53,265 nt of DNA, filler included, from Catajapyx aquilonaris (GCA_000934665.2; 3 parts of 3 records of this genome joined end to end with filler, not necessarily neighbours in it); one strand, 5' to 3'; counted from the whole stretch's first letter, positions 1-15,800 are shown. Translations and numbers: made by a program. The notes: generated from the sequence alone by a model not told the origin.

Positions 1-3000
1 GTCAAGAACGAAGGAGCCTTGCTTTTCTCCTTGTTGGATATATTGACTCTATATAGTCTACTAAGCAGGTGGGCTTTCTCTTCTTCTTTATTTTTTTATT
101 TCGGAGTAGCAGCTCTGTTGGATGGCTTGGACCGTATAGGGGGGAGAAGACAATCCTTTAGGAGGTGACTGCATGTCCAGATGGTCATCATCAAAGCCTC
201 CCTGTCCCCTGCTCAACCCCCCCCCCTCTCTTATCTGGACATATCGCAGCTTTTGTCCCCTGAAAAGGCGCCCTCTGGAGTCCCGTTTGCTACCGTTTCC
301 AAAGGCGCACTGCTGGCCGTGAATAGGAGACAAGCGCCATGATCCGACCCAATGATAGGATCACTCAGCTCCTCCTCCTACGACCCACTTGCAAAAAGGA
401 AACACTATAGAAGGGGGGGCTAAAAAGAAAACCGAAACATAATAATGGACCAGGCAGGATATAGTTCCTCTCAGCAGCATTTATACAAATGTATCCGGCC
501 ACCTTTGTCCATCAGGGACACGGTCATCTCAGGTTACGCCGCGGGTTCAAACCCTTTGGAGAAACGTGTCTAATCAGCCGTTGAATATGATTTTTCGGTG
601 CTTCAGCATAAGAGCGAGATTCAATTCATGTGTTATTACATTAACGTGCGAAAAAGAAGCTGCTAGGTGACCACACCGTGCGCTGATGGGAGAGAAACAA
701 AGTCATTGAATTAGCGCGTATTTGTCCACCTAAAAAACAGCGAGATCGTTTTTGTATGGAGAAGCGACGTATAAATCGGTCGCACGCGGCCTGCATGAAT
801 TTTGTATCCGAAAAATTGCGGCACAACTGAATGCACCTGACATGACGCCAATTTTACGAGCTTTGATCGGCGCGTTATTTGTCCATCATACATACATGGG
901 GGGCCCGATGTTTGACGTACAAGTCCGTCCATTTGGGGGCAGCCAAACTCCCATCCCATCATCTATCCGGGGCTCGGCTTATTAATAATTCAATTCGCTT
1001 CATTAAAACGGGGGGGCCATAAAATCCTCCGGGGGCCGCTCATGTGTGCCGTAATAAATGGCAACAATTTAATGCCGCGTAATAAAAGTAATGCGCGCGG
1101 GAAACGGCAGTTGGTCACTGCTGCAGCCGGTCACCAAAAAACAGGAAGCGACGGATTATACTATGCAAAATTTTGGACCAGCCCAAAAATTCGCACACGG
1201 AGACGTATGGGGAGTCCCAAAATAAGTCATTAATCCTAATAAGCGGTTTATGGGAGCATTGAAAGGTAGCCCAGAGAGCCTGTTCTTCGGTAGGCTATCT
1301 GGATTCACCTCGCGTGAGTCGACTCAATCACGAGCTAACCTTGATGATAGGTTAAGCAGCCGGCTTAAGAAAAAGAGAGAGAGAGAGAGAGAGAAAATAC
1401 TGTGCAAAATAATTTTTCAAACTTCTCCACCCGCCGTTACATTTGGCCAGCATGTATATCAATCCGAGTTGCTCACCCGGGTTGATTTGGGTATTGCGCC
1501 AACCCATGTGTATAGCCACACCTGTAATTATGAGCATCGACAAGAAACGAGTTAAATCATTCACACTCGGACCTGCCTGGCTGGCTACGACACCACTTAT
1601 TATACTTGGGTCTCTATCTGACCGGAACTCATAAGTGCGGGTCCTTATCGCGCAATTTGAGATGTATGCAACAATATGGCCGATCCCAACCAGCAGGCTG
1701 TTCAAAAATTCATCCGGTTCAGCTGGAAGCCGTCCATGCAGCTCCCACGATTACTCGACCATTTTTTTCCATTCATCCATCCTCCAGTTGTTGTTTTCGG
1801 AGGTGGAGATAGGATATATTGTATATGGCTTTTGGTCCTAATTTTATCGACTGTGTCTCTTGGAGAACTTATTGCCGACAGGGGCCAGTATTAGGCTGAT
1901 TGTTCCGCCATTTTTTAGGGTTAAAACGGCGTCATGGTTGCCGCAATGGGCTGTGCTGCCCTCTATATACAGCTCGATCTGGAAGCGATACAGCCACAAA
2001 TCGGGGTCGTGTTGGACACCCCCGAAATAATTCATCCTCGTGTTTTCGTAGTTTTGCAATTCAAGCATCAGTAATTGCCCGTGGCAAATAAACGCATTGC
2101 GCAGCCTGTGTTCCCCCGCACCACCCACCCTCTATGTGCCTGCTGTACTGTAATTACCTCATTTCACGAGCGTATTGCCATTACCACTGGCGCCCAAGCC
2201 CCTTGTGATTTCACGAAACGTCGATTTCTGCCCAAATGCAGCAAAGGCCTGCCATTATTATGGCTCAGGACCAGAATTATTGAAATGGCCGATTTAATTA
2301 AGCCCGGCCCCGGGAAAAAATTGCCCCGGGGCACAACCGCAACCTGCAATTACCGACGCACACACACACACGAATTAAATAATGCCCAGCGCCTGTAGTA
2401 CTATACGTATACTCATACTTTGGATCGTAGCAGCATAAGGCTATGTCCTGAGTGCGTGCGATACTACAAGCCGATAGTACTTCAGTACTTGTATTATTTA
2501 TTCCCAGTGTTTCACAATGATTCAGACAACTTCTGGCACCAGCAGTATGTACATAATATTGGTTGTTCTGAAAAATTAACTTAAAGTGCAGCATGTGACA
2601 GTGCCATTTTCCCTCTAAACTATGATGTGGTACCTGATGGAAAAGGTGGGCAACCTAAATGTGGCAAGGCAGTGTATGTGCCTAGAGGGGCACACATTTT
2701 TTTCTTCCAAAAAATGATTGACAGGCTTCAATCAGAAAAGGTTGGCAAGGGCGCTAATCAGAGGGTGCAATCGCCAACACCAACCACCACCCGATTCTTT
2801 CTCTCTATTTTTTTTAATATCTACCTGTGGTCTTGTTGGCCAGCTGCCCTTGGCCTTCCTTCCTTCCTTCCTTCCGTCCTTCCTTCCTTTATTCCCCAGC
2901 ATTTCTGTGGCCACCGGCTACTCTTGGGGCCATAAAATTTATATCTGTCCAAAAAACGGGAAAAGGGCATGGGAAAAAATCCTGGCATGCAGGCCAAAGA

Positions 3001-6000
3001 CGCGCTCCAATTTTTAAATTTTTTTTGGAAAGGGCGTATATACTTAGGATTTGAAATATGGCCGATTGAGTTGTGAATGGTTATAGCGTGGAAAAGTGGT
3101 TCCAAATTAGTCATAGCTGCGAGTGAGGAGGATTAATTGGAAGTATTTGGAAGTGTCGGATGGGCGCTGGCCAAGTGCATTTGTTACTCTGGCGAAACCC
3201 CTTTCGTTTATTCGCGTGCATCACGACCCTCATTTTCAAATCTCCGTAATTGAAATGTGCATCTGCTGCTGCCATATAGTTTGCTGGGCAAGTCCAACAA
3301 CAGGCAGACAATATAAAACGTCCCAGCTCCTATATATAGAGGAAACGTCTTCATGCGCATGCAAGGCTACTCTCAATGTTGTCGTAATTATAATTTTAAA
3401 ATGGGTCTACTTGCCATTCATAATTGGGCCACCTGCAATCCCACCTTGATTGAGCTGCAGTTGACCTCTAATTACCACCCAAGTGCTCGGTTTGCAGTGT
3501 CGTCGCCCTGCCTCGAAGGCATAGGTGGGCAGCAGGTGGCCAAAGTGAAGCGTGCTGCCTGGTATTTATCACCATTTTTTTTTGGCCTGCCCACTTTTGT
3601 TTATGATGTCCGCACGCAGCTTCGCCAAGACCCATTACTAACTTGGTGTCAACGTCTATCGAAGGAAGGCATGGCAGGCAAACCCCGGGGCCAATTTGGT
3701 CCTTGTTCCGGGTTCATATGTCACTCGCTGATTTCCATCCAATCCTTTCGTCTCGTGAGAGAATCTGCAGTTGCCACGATGCTGCTGCTGGACTGACACG
3801 GCCTGTACCGGCGACCGTGCATGGCGACGGAGACACACGACGTCCCACAGACTGACAGGACAATAGGCGGCGGGTGACAGTTGGCGCGTCAACAAATGTC
3901 CCCTCGCTATCCTCCAGAAGAGGAAAAAAAACGCGTTTTTATTTCCCCTCCCAACCTATACCCTTGGAATTCCGGATTCTGACCCAACAATGCGCAAGTA
4001 CTCAAATCCCATGTCGCGTGGAAGAAAAACAAACCACTTTAGTTTTCTGTGCAGGATCTTTTAAGAGGAAAAGAGGGACCCTGCAGCAGCAGGACTCATC
4101 CTCTCTGTCTGTGTCTTTTTCTCTCTTTTTTTTCTGTCCGTGATGTCCTTGGCCTCCTGCTGTCCTGCTCCTTTGTCCGGTTTTGTCTCCAGTGTTCATG
4201 GACCGCTGGGGATGTCACCCCGGGGACTTCATCCCGGAGCATTTCGGCGGAAGGACACTTCGCTTCGATTTAAGCCCAGGACAAGTGCGTCCGGAGAAGT
4301 CAAAAACCGGTCTCGGGACCAGGCCAGTCAGGGTTCTTCTCTCTGACATTTTCCAGAAGGGAAGGGCACGAAAGGATTGAGCTGGACAAATCAGATCCGA
4401 TTAGAGAACAGTTCGCGTTGCATGTGTGTGTCCCTTTGATGGCAGTCGCACAAAAGGGGGGAGTCCCAGAGAGACGGGTTCCCCAATTTCTGCGGATGAC
4501 ACGGGCAGAGGCAGGCGTCGGTTGGCGTCGGGGGAGAAATATGACCAGAAGCGGGATCGACGTTGCGTAAGGCCCTATCGCTGTTTGTTTGTTTGGATCT
4601 GGATGCAAGGGAAAGGAAGAACCGCAGCAGGCTTCGATTGGCTCCAAGGCCCCTCTGAAGAGGAGATAACCCTCGATGCCAACATAATATTGCTTACAGT
4701 AACATGGCAAAGCACTGGTTACTTTCAGCAGTTATCCGCAATGTTAGGCGCCATTCGGGCCAATTTCCTTTGCCAGGATATGTTATAACATTCATCTCAA
4801 TTCATCCTGCCCAATGAACAAAACAAAGCGAACTAATGGCATATAAAGGGCAGGTCCTGTTTATTCGCATTTATCCTCGTATTTATACTTCCCGTTAAAC
4901 AGGCGAGACGCTTGGGTTGCTCTCAACAGTCAGGATAAAATGTCGATTTTGGCGCTGTGACGAATCAGGCCGCCACAGGGTGTCTCGTCGAGTAAGGACG
5001 CCACAGCCTATCAGTCCCACTAAATATTTATAAATCCAGAGTGGCTCCCTTTTGGAAAAGCGAATGAGCGGCACTGAAAAAGGACCCCCCTTTTTTTCCG
5101 AATGATTGTTGCTGACACAATGTTAAGGGAACCGTTTGAGCCTGCATACAGTTCTGTTGTGATCCGCTGGGCGGCGGGGTGGTTGGGAATATGTTGGTGG
5201 TGTGTATACGTACGTGGTGTGCATGTATAGGTATAGTGTGTGGCAGGTTCAGAAGCTATGGCGTCTGCCCGGACGATAGCGGATCGACCGGTGCTGGAAT
5301 CCAGAGTGGCGGCGCTTATCTGCGGCGCATCTCCACCCAATTAGGGCCACAGCGTCGCCGCCGTCTTCGGCTGGGAGGAAGGGGGAGGGGAAGGGCGCCC
5401 CTACACATACATACACACCAACCACTCCCACGCAATTTACTCCCACAATTCAAGTTGCAGTACCAAAAAATTTTTAAGGTCAATAACTTGTTCAAACGTG
5501 TCTGGGTAATGAGAATCGTATCGATACATTTTTCGGGTACGCCACCAGACAACATTGACACAAAGCTCGTGTACTTGCTAATCCGAGTGATTCCCTGCTA
5601 TCGAGCCATGCGGATGTAACCAGCACAGACAGTGCGTGTACCCCTTTACGCTCACGCACAATTACAGCGAACCGGATCAATGCTCCGCACTGAATCACCC
5701 CTATGGAGACTTGGAACTCGGCATATACACTCCTGCTGCGATGCATATAGTGTAATTACAGCACATGATGTGTGTGGAGGGAGCCCCTGCGTCTCGACCG
5801 CGGTTTTTTTTTCGGGGGAAGGGGTGGTCCGTCTGTGTTTGCACTAGTGCCACTATTTACAGTGCTGGCTTGTCATTATCGCTCGTGACCGGGAATGAAA
5901 TATACTCCGGGAAGGATCATTTGTTTTGTCGATTGTGTGGTTGGAGGAGGTGGGGGGATAGAGCAGAGAGGTGGGGGGGTGTGGGTTGCCAGGTCGCGGG

Positions 6001-7833
6001 GCTTTGCATGTCTGGTAGGGATCAGGAGCAATGGGGAAGTCGCCACCAACGTTTGCTCACGTCACTGGCGCATGTACGCACATGACGATGCATTTTATGT
6101 ATTACTGCAATGGCAGAGTCTGCAGGGTTGAAGGGAGAGAGAGAGAGAAAAAAATCAATCGGGATTCAGTCGCGAGAGAATAAGCAAGGGGTAAAAAAAA
6201 AAAAAAAATCTTGTCTCGATTTCTCTTCCGCTTGAGAAGGTGGCCTGTCCCGGACAGACGACGTTCAATGCCGGCCTTCGACAATTATTAATTGCCAATT
6301 GACTCGCAGCCGGACGTGTCTCTCCTTCACTCTCTGCGGTTGTACATAACGAGGGAGGGACCTCCCATAAAAGGATGATGCCAATGCCAGATGCACTTTT
6401 GCAGTGATCTAACTGATTCTGCTGCATAGAATATGTCACAAACTAGTTAAATAACAACGGGCACATATCAAAATGCAGATATAAATCCACTATATTTTAA
6501 GTTTTCAAAACGACACCTTATTCTTAAAGCCAATAAGTGGAGTCCGTATTTACCGGCAGTTAATGTGGTGATTACAACTTGCACTTGAACGACCTCGTTA
6601 CAGTGTCGCTGTATGCTGATCGAATTCAGATATACTGGGGGCCTATATCGTTTGCGCTTCGCGTAACGTGTGTGTGCTGTGTAGTGTCTGAAATAGAGCC
6701 AAGTGAGGGCGGGAGTCTTGCGCTGTAATTATTAATTGCCTTACGCTACGTAAGTGTGCTAATGTCTCGAGACCGCCACATGATCAATACTCTCTCCTGT
6801 ATAATGTCCCCGCAAAATATTTGCCCGCAATTAATATTCAGCTGGAATACACTGGACGTGCGAATGAGTAGTTTGGAGATACAATGGACAAGGAAGAAGC
6901 GCGTGTGTATATAGTATGTGTGATGAGCTGAGAGAAAGAAAGAGGAGGGGGGAAAAAAAGCGAGTAAGGAATCGCGTGTCTGTAATGAGTGAGAAGCCTA
7001 ATAGGACCAATCGCAGTTCGAAGATAACAAATTTGAGTGGGCCGGCTGCGGCTCTTGTATCATCTCGATGGATCACATGGGAGGAGGGGGGAGTGGGAAG
7101 AGGAGGAGCACACAAGTGGTTCTAGATAAACTAGTTGCTGGGATGCATGGAAAGGCCAAGAAGAAGAAGAAGCCACGCGACCATCAAAATGTGGGGGAAA
7201 CATACCATTTCCTCCTCATTTTGTAGCAGACTTTTGCATTGTATTTTGCGCATGTTTCCGAGTCGGACTGAAATGTCAGGGACATGCTGTGGCTATGTGA
7301 ATATCCAAATATCGGAAAACAATTTACATGTGGTGCTCCCCCCCCTCATAGGTGGTTTATCTATTCCAAAATTGCGGTGGAAGTTTGGGCGTTGCCATGG
7401 TATAGCTTGCCAATTTCAACCAGTAGTCGTGAGATTGCGCCATGATAACTGTCAATATGTAATCCAAGTCGAGACAGCGCCATATTCCAGCGCAAGTTTG
7501 ATTTATTTGTTTGTTTTTATTTACCGATCCCCGGGACCATATCAAAATTTTTTGGAAGTTGGGGAACTGCCTATAAAATTTAAATCGCCGTAACATTCAG
7601 TTATAAAGCAGTGTTTACTTTACCTTGAGCTAGTTCTTGTGTACACACACATTGCCCTATTTACTGTATCGCGTAACTTTTAAACGAACCTATTTATTAA
7701 TAGGTATGGTCAGGCTGAAGCAGTTTTTCAAAATTGTAACATTTGTACCTGTATATTTTAATTTTGTAAAATTATGAAGTGCTCAATTTATTTCAACGAC
7801 AATATGCTACATGGTGTCCGTTTCTTTCCACAG

Positions 7834-7959
7834 TCGGCTGCGCGACGGGCGGGAACGAGCTGCGCCAACTGCAAGACGACGACGACGACGCTCTGGCGCC
7901 GGAACCAAAACGGAGAGCCCGTCTGCAACGCCTGCGGCCTCTACTACAAACTACACAAC
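7834..7959 (+). CDS. grn: Internal exon of a GATA1/2/3-class (grain-like) transcription factor, C-terminal C4 zinc finger
   Basis: tttccacAG|TCG...AAC|GTgagt; 126 nt, phase 0/0. Encodes [42 protein letters not shown] (CX2C-X17-CX2C). The SAARRAGT linker is typical of the GATA1/2/3 subfamily. Flanking exons not found in the window. Confidence 0.95.
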
Positions 7960-10900
7960 GTGAGTACAATGCAACGATACATTTTTGGCGCAGTTCCCAG
8001 AAGGGCGACCGATTGACATGTCGTCCTCCTAAGTGGATTTTAACCTGTGCATCACCTTCCGCATGGGAATGGGCCTCCGGGACAAACTGAGCGGAACCTT
8101 TTCCCCTAAGTTCCAAACACCCAAAAGTCAGCAACAATGCTGCGGTCCTGCATTGTTATAGTCCCCCTCTGATCCGGAGGGGAGGTCAAATGGGGCAAGT
8201 CTAGGCGTCTAATGGGCCAGAGAGAGGCGACAGCGCGGAACAAGGAAGTTTTACACGGCTATCTGTCTCATTGGTGAAGGATGCGATGGGAAAACAGCTT
8301 CCGGGACTCTGATTGGCCCCCAGCAGGGGAAGTGACAATCCACATTTTCTCTCAAGGACTAGTAGTCTCAGAAAGAGAGAGAAAAAAGGAAGCATGGAGA
8401 TTAGCACTTAGCAGACTTTGACTAGAGGGGGGGAGGGTGGGCCATCCCGCCCCATTCTTAGAACCATTTCCAACCCCCCCACCCCAATTCAGCTCCTGAA
8501 AGAGGCTCTTTGAGACCCTTCTTCTTTCCTTTCCTTCCACTAAACGAGGGGTCCGCTCTATCATTTTGCCTTTTTCTAACTCTCCCCCCTACACTCAAAA
8601 TACTCAGGGAGGCCGACCTTTTGTGCGGGGCTAATGCAAGGCGGCCGCTTTGTTGCGTCCTTTCCAACACTTTCATTTTGGCAAAAACGCTCTCTCGAAT
8701 GCTGGAGACCCCGGCCATGTCGCCAAATCACGACCGGTTGTTGCCAATTTCCAATCCGCACACCTGCAATTTGCTTCACTTGCGTAACTCGCTGGTGAAA
8801 TCAAACGAGCGGTCCTGGGTTCGAATCCGTACATTTCATACACAAATATTGTCTCGTATAATAACGAATAAACAAGGCTGTAAACCAGTAAAATCCGTGC
8901 CTTATTGTTAGCTGGTCCGGTTGTTTCTAAGAATTTGTTGAAAAGAAGCGACCCTGACGGTCCTTGGCTACATGTAACCAGTCTAAGGAGTGGCGTTTGA
9001 GTGTGTCTCTTTTGGGTCGAGCATGAAAAGGACCGGCTTCCCCTTGTGATGCCTGCAGCTTGTATACACAAGATATCGGATACTCCGGAACCAGATACGG
9101 TTACGGGCAGGGAAAGAAAGGGGTTTCTTCCGCCGAAAAGGAGCCCAGGCAACCAAGGCCACCGAATGAGACATTGCGCGAAAACGTGCCGATGAGGAAT
9201 TTGCCCCTTTTTTATTCTTTTACTCCGGAGTTGACAATGGCTGCTGGATAAAGTGAATCAAGTGCGATAAATCCCATCGGTTGTAACAATCTGTTAATCT
9301 CCGCAGGGGGTGGCACTGTTACCATGTCCCTTATCTGCGTGGATCGGCCGCATAATGAGTTTGCAAACGCGCAAAAATCCTGTTCCCCCAGCCAGCCAAC
9401 CCAGTATTATATATACGAAGCGACCTTCTACCGGATCCGTAATGAAGTGAGCACAATTGTCGCTGTATCGGCAGTAAAACCTGCTCAATTACTGAATTAC
9501 TATGGCTACATTCCTGCTCCGAGTGAGTGTGATGCAGAAAGCCGTAAATTAATTCCATTACGCTGCAGCAATTGCAGTTGATAAACAATGATTCAGTCGG
9601 AATCGGGAGATTCTCCCAGAGTTACGTCTCTATTTTGTAGCCTTTTTGCTCAAGAGCGGGACAGGGTGTGGCTGGTGCTGTAACCAGTTGGCCCTCCAGT
9701 CCAATAAACCCCGGGTGAAATAGAAAGAAGAAAAAAAAGAACCGTGTGCATAAGCAGCTATACGGCAGCCTGTTTTCTCCTCGTACTGGCTCGACAGGAA
9801 ACTCACACCCACCTACGAATTACCCTCATATCAGCTAAGCGCGCGCGTGCACACTTACACAACACACATACACACACCCTACTTTTAGACCTGTCCCTTA
9901 TTGCTGCCTACACCCCCGCTCTAATTGGAAGTCACGATGTACTTTAACATTTAATATTATAATTCAGGGTTGGGTTGATTGAAATTGTTGGAATGATGCA
10001 CAGTAGCAGCGTTGTTGGCACTGGCTTAGGTCAGGTATGCGGAATGATGCGAAATCCTATTGTCGCATTGCTGCCCATGCACAGGTTGGGAACCAGTCTG
10101 GCAGGATTGGGCTCCGGCTCCTTGATTTATAATTAATTTAGCACCCGATATCTTGGCCACTGCTCGCGCGACATTACCCTTTCCATACAGTTTGAATCGC
10201 ATTCCTCTATAGCACCCAAACGCATCGTATGTGAAAGGCCATAGCAGTGTGTATAGCAAATGGTGTTTCGTGATCGGCTGCACCTTGGCTGGTTCTGGTT
10301 CGTGCCGCTGCTGCTGGGGTTATCTTTGTAAACTTGCTGCTTTGCAAATCAGGGCGGGGCTCGTACAAAATAGATTTGCGTCTTGTCGCCCGGGTGATTA
10401 ATGGCGCCTGAGTGCTACTTACACTGCCTAAGCTGCGACACCTGATCTTTTTTTTCTCTCTCTCTGGCCCTAACCCTCACTTTGGAGGAGTGGGCTTGAA
10501 TGGCTATAACCGCAAAGCCGGTACACTCCCAAGCCGTGTGCTGCTGTAGGCGTACGTGCTGATTGATACCATCGCGGTGTGAGTAGCCCCGTGCACACAG
10601 GGTGCTTCATTCTATACCAGTCGGAGTAAAGACTTGGGTTGTGGTGGGTAAAGGTGCGGAATGGGGTGGAAACAAGTGCGTCAGTGTGCTTCCAGCCAGA
10701 CGACCATCCATCCTTTCGGGGGGGATGCTCTCCACTTTCTTTGCAAGCCTGGGCTAATTGGCACCCCCAACCCCACCCTCAAAATGCGTGGAAATATCCT
10801 CCCCAACCTCTCTTCAGAGCCGACAGAAAATTATTATTGCAACAACTCGACGACAGCTTCGGCTTGTTTACTCCTGCTGCCGACTTCTAACCAGGCTCTT

Positions 10901-12822
10901 TCTCTGCCCGCCATTACTCTGCGACTGCCTTCAAAATGCCAATTAGAATCTTGACTCGGATGTTACAAGGCGACTGTTTTTTTTTCACTCTCAACCAAGG
11001 CATACCATCTGCAGAGTGCACACACGTCACCAACTTTTGTAGCAAATTCGTTAAGATGGTTTAATATCTGGCAGAAAGTATTGCTATTTTTTTGAAACAT
11101 AATACAAACGGTGTTGAGTGCCGACAATGATGTAATACATTTTTAGCCACAACCTTGGGGTAAAATATTGCCAAAAACAAACCGCTAGAACTATACACCT
11201 GATGGGAATCAATTAATTTTTTTGCTGTAAAGCCTTGCATGACTCAACCATTGTCACTAGAACCAAAACGTCACCTCCCAAAAAATTGTTCACCTTTTTT
11301 TTGTAAATCGAGCTCCAGATGTGCGATTCATCTCTTTCAATATTTTTTTTTGTTTAGTTTGAAGGCAGCCACTAAATTAGTGTCCGCCTGCACACAGAAC
11401 CGTATTCCCGAATGTTGTTGGTGACAAGTGTGTAATTGCTAGATCTGATAATAATTATCTTCTCTTGTCCATCGCGCGGTGTATTAGTAGGTGATGAGTT
11501 TGAAAGGAGTCGCCTGCCAAATGGTTGAGTCTCGGCGAAGGGATCTGAGCCAAAAGAAACCTTGGCTCTCTCTGTTGTCACAAGAGGGGTGGGTGGGTGG
11601 AGCAGAAGAAGAGATGCTCCCCAGTTGGGGATAATGAGTGTTAATGTTCTCATTTGTCCCCGCGAACTGGCAAGCTCCCTGATGACTACAAGTGCCTGCC
11701 GTCCGGATTGAGACTTTTGACGACCCTGACTTTCTTCGCCAGACACACAGACACCATCACCCACGGCTATATTTATACCTCCAGCCTTCTTTTTCTCTCT
11801 CTTCTCTGATGGATAAATCTATAACACGAAGCAAAATTTGCAATTATTTATGTTTGGCAGCGTGGCATTTTCGTGACGTCAAAATCCAAGTTCCATTAGG
11901 GCGATAATAGAACTCTTGTTCCCCCATGCAGCAGTAAACAAGTCTAGAGAGAGACACAACTTGAAGCCCGATTCGTGATCAGGGATTTGCATGCTGGCAC
12001 GGAATTTTCCGTCCCCTCCATTTGCAAAAATCCGATCGTCTCCCACTCCCCCGCCCTATAGCAACCTCCTCTTGTACGAAGGAAGTTGTTCCCATTCAGG
12101 ATTGGTTGTGCGTTAGATCCGTTGGCCCCATGCAAAAGCGTGACAGCTGAAGCCTGACTGCCCAGCAACCAGAAATGTGCTTCCACTTTCAGATCAACTA
12201 TCCTCCTCTCAACTTTTTTTTTTCCATCAGCTTGTGTGTTGTCCTTTTTTTTTCTTCGCGTGTTCTTAGCTTGTTGGAAGGAAGAGAGGGGCAGGAGAAG
12301 GAGGAGATTTAAAAAAAAGAAGTAACCGGTGATTGGAGTGGCGATAAACGCTGTTGAGATAGAAGCATGTGAAAGGTCGCACTTTGAATCTTTGGCGAGG
12401 TGCTAACTTACAGGCTCGTTATGCTTCTCACCTTCAATTTTATTGTTGAAGACAAGCTCCGCCTTCTGCCCGGTCACACCACTCTTTTTGAAACGAAGAG
12501 TCGAGATATAACTCCCAGTTTGCTAACCGGCTCGTTTAGTTGCAAACGAACCTGCAAAATTCCGTCTTTAAAAAGTGAACAGCTGTGAAAACTGGAGTCG
12601 AGAGTAGTTGTGGCGTCTTCCATTGTATCTTCTCGTGAGTGACTTACATTTGACTCACCCCCTTCCTTTCAATTCTTTTTTTTTGTTACGAACCTCTTGT
12701 GACAGCTCCAAAGCACGTCTTGTACGTACAGTACAAGAAGTTGCATCTGTGTGTACCTGGATTGGCTCGACCCCAACCAACGTCTTTATTTGCTAATCGG
12801 GTCATCCTCCTCTCTCTTAAAG

Positions 12823-12845
12823 GGAGAGAGAGAGAGAGAGAGAGA
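12823..12845. repeat. (GA)n microsatellite
   Basis: About 11 GA units; similar tracts at about 1375-1394 and 14818-14839. Confidence 0.85.
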
Positions 12846-15800
12846 TGCGCAGAAAAAACGTGAGCGAAACATCCGTCGTGATTCGCCATGAAAATGTCAG
12901 AAGAACGGTCTTCCTCGGGTTGCCACGACCACCGGTAGAGGTCAGACCAATAAAAAGACACCACATTTCTGCAATAACTTATATACAAGAGTGTGTCTCT
13001 GCGGGCGATTTTGAAGCTTTCTTTTTTTGGAGGGTAAATGTAGGCGAAAGTGTATAAGCGGGAGGAAGGCAGGAGAGCAAGACGGAGAAAATGCCAGGCT
13101 TCTTCTTTTCTTTCTCCGGTAAAAATCGAGATATGTGTTTGGTGGCTGGAAGGATGCTTCTCGCTCTCCCCTTCCAAATTTCCGTGGCCTTCTTTCACGC
13201 CAGGTGATGATGCAACAGGGTTCATTTGCATGCGCTCGTTTTTTTTGCTCATCTCTCGTAAGGCGACCATCTTGGATTACTTAGCACGGGAAAAAATCTT
13301 CAATTATGCATATGTATACAACCGGAGGAGCTCAAATTAAGAGCAGATCTCCATAGCTGTTGTAAAACATAATCGGACAATTTCTGGCTTAATTTTTGGT
13401 GGATGGAATCGGGCCTAATTCATCACCTGAAAAGTCACAATGGGGCGTTTTCGCAAAGGGCAAGCACAGTAATTTGGGTTTCCGGTGTGCGAACAGCTCA
13501 ATCCTGATTACAGTTAGTGCACACAGTGAATATTATCTCGATCAAGATTGGCTGGTGTATCACATGCTGCACCATGATGAGAGGGGGGGTACGGTTAGTT
13601 TAGTTAGTTGGTCCGTGCAACTGCCTGCCTGCCTGCCAGTCCCTTTAGGCGTGCGACATACACGGCCTCATACCATTGATACGCGGTGATGATATGCACA
13701 CACTGCTTGCTGCCTGCACAGGGCCTTTTGACAAATTGTCATGAAGCGATGCCGTGTGCTGAACAATGGCGGAAAAAAATGGCCAACCGCAACCTTCCCC
13801 TCCCATCATCGCATCGGGGTCACACAGAGAAAATGCCGGCGATAACACCCGTCTGATACCAGCAGGTCCTGCTTTTGCCTGCTGCTCATAAAGGTCAGGG
13901 TTACATCTGATCATCAAATGCGGAGAAAACCACGGCACAGCAGCAGCACGGAATAGTGCTGCACAATGTTGGCATCTGCCTCCCATCATTTTGAGAGGAA
14001 TGCGCGTGTGACGCTCCTGCACACACACGTGCTGACTCAAAGTTGTCCAGTCCCTGGAAACGCGAGTAGTCCCCCAGCAGCGAGAGATTGTTGGTTCTGG
14101 TATAGCAAGCATCATCATCCAATCGTGGTCTGGATCCATCCAAGCATCCATGGGAGCGTATAGAGAGTGGCGCCAGTCGTCCTCTCGACGCCGCCATCCT
14201 GTCACGCCGTCTCTCTCTTCTCCCATCTTTGCTTCTTCTCCTTCTTTTTTTTTTCCTTTCGGTGTCTTCCTCTATACACACACCCCATCCCCCATCATCT
14301 TCTTTTCTCCTTGCATCTCTTTTTCCCTCCTCTTCCACTCTGGGCTGCCACACGCGGCGGATGCCGGAAAATAGCCCACAATTGGGCCGTGCTTTCTGGC
14401 GCCCGTGTCCATCAACCCAGCCTCTTTCATGCCCATCCTCTGACTGGCACCTTTCAGACCCCACGTCGCATATGTGTATCAGAAACACACACCAAAAATA
14501 GTGCTCGCAATTTACAGGCTGTACAGGTAAAAAGGTTGGGTGTCATCAGTGCTGTGTGTGGCTGTGCTTATATAAAAGGAGCTAGGGGAATGCCGCTTAT
14601 TAGCTTCCACTCAAGCTGGCAGTTTATTTGGCGGGGCTCGAAATAGGCGGCCGCTGCTTATTTTCAAGGGATCCACCAGCACCCCCCATCACGGGAGTCC
14701 TCTCATCTCCTTTGGACTATTAGCACGCTCCCCGAGTTTGAAGCGCTCCACCGCAGATACACAGAGAGGAGATTGTTTACACAGGAGGGGAAAAGAGGAA
14801 CTGAGAGAGAAGGAGATTCTCTCTCTCTCTCTCTCTCTCCTGCTCCAATTGGTGGTGGTGCCGCCACCATCTCTTTTCTGCTGCACCGTGGAATAAAAGC
14901 TCTCAAAAGTTGTACCCGGAATGTTCAACTCTGGTGCCGCCTATAACTTGACGTATAACCCAACCTCCAGTAATTAAAACATCCGTAAACAAAATCATTT
15001 AGAGACACTTTTTGGTTAGGACATGGTATACACTGATATTTGTTGGACTCGAAGAATCCCACTGATGGCATGCGTTGGATGACCGATTTGTCCCGGACGA
15101 CCCCGGAAGTTTGACCTCTAATTCGATCCAATTCGTGCCCACTCGAGTCGTGTGTGTGTGTGTTCTCTTTTTTTGTGTGTGGGTTTAAATTAATTGCGAG
15201 CCTCTGATTGCGTAGTAGGGTGGGGTCGCAATCATCAAGGGCTCGAAGAGAATCCCGCACTTCATTTCTGTCCGGTTTGACACAAGCGAGGTATGCCATC
15301 GCCCTGACAGCTCTGGTATACATTTGCACAACCCAAAAAGGGGGGACTTGCCAAAATGCCACGACCCTCATTCCACAGCCAAGCGTCACGAACAAATATT
15401 GCAAATATTTACACCACAATTCCAAGCAGATGGACATAGAATATTATGTCGCAGCCAGTTCTGCCATAATTTTTTTGCAATCCTTACTCACCCCCTCGTG
15501 ATGGTATATTTTTTGTGCAAAAAAAAGGAGCAGAGTTGGTGAGGGTTGAGGGTGGGTGGGCAGGAAGGGCAGCCCCCTTTCCTGCCACACCATGCAGCAT
15601 GGATTTTGCCTACACGATGGGACTGGATAAATCTCGCGAAACAATTCGCCATTATGCCTGGAAGCACGCGATTCCGGCCCCGAAGCGCACTCCTCCTCCT
15701 AAATCCCAGTCAGCAGAACGAAAGGGAAATAGCTCTCTCTCTCCCTAACCCCCCCTTCTCCCTATACCACCCCCTCACTATTATACCACTATTTACCTAT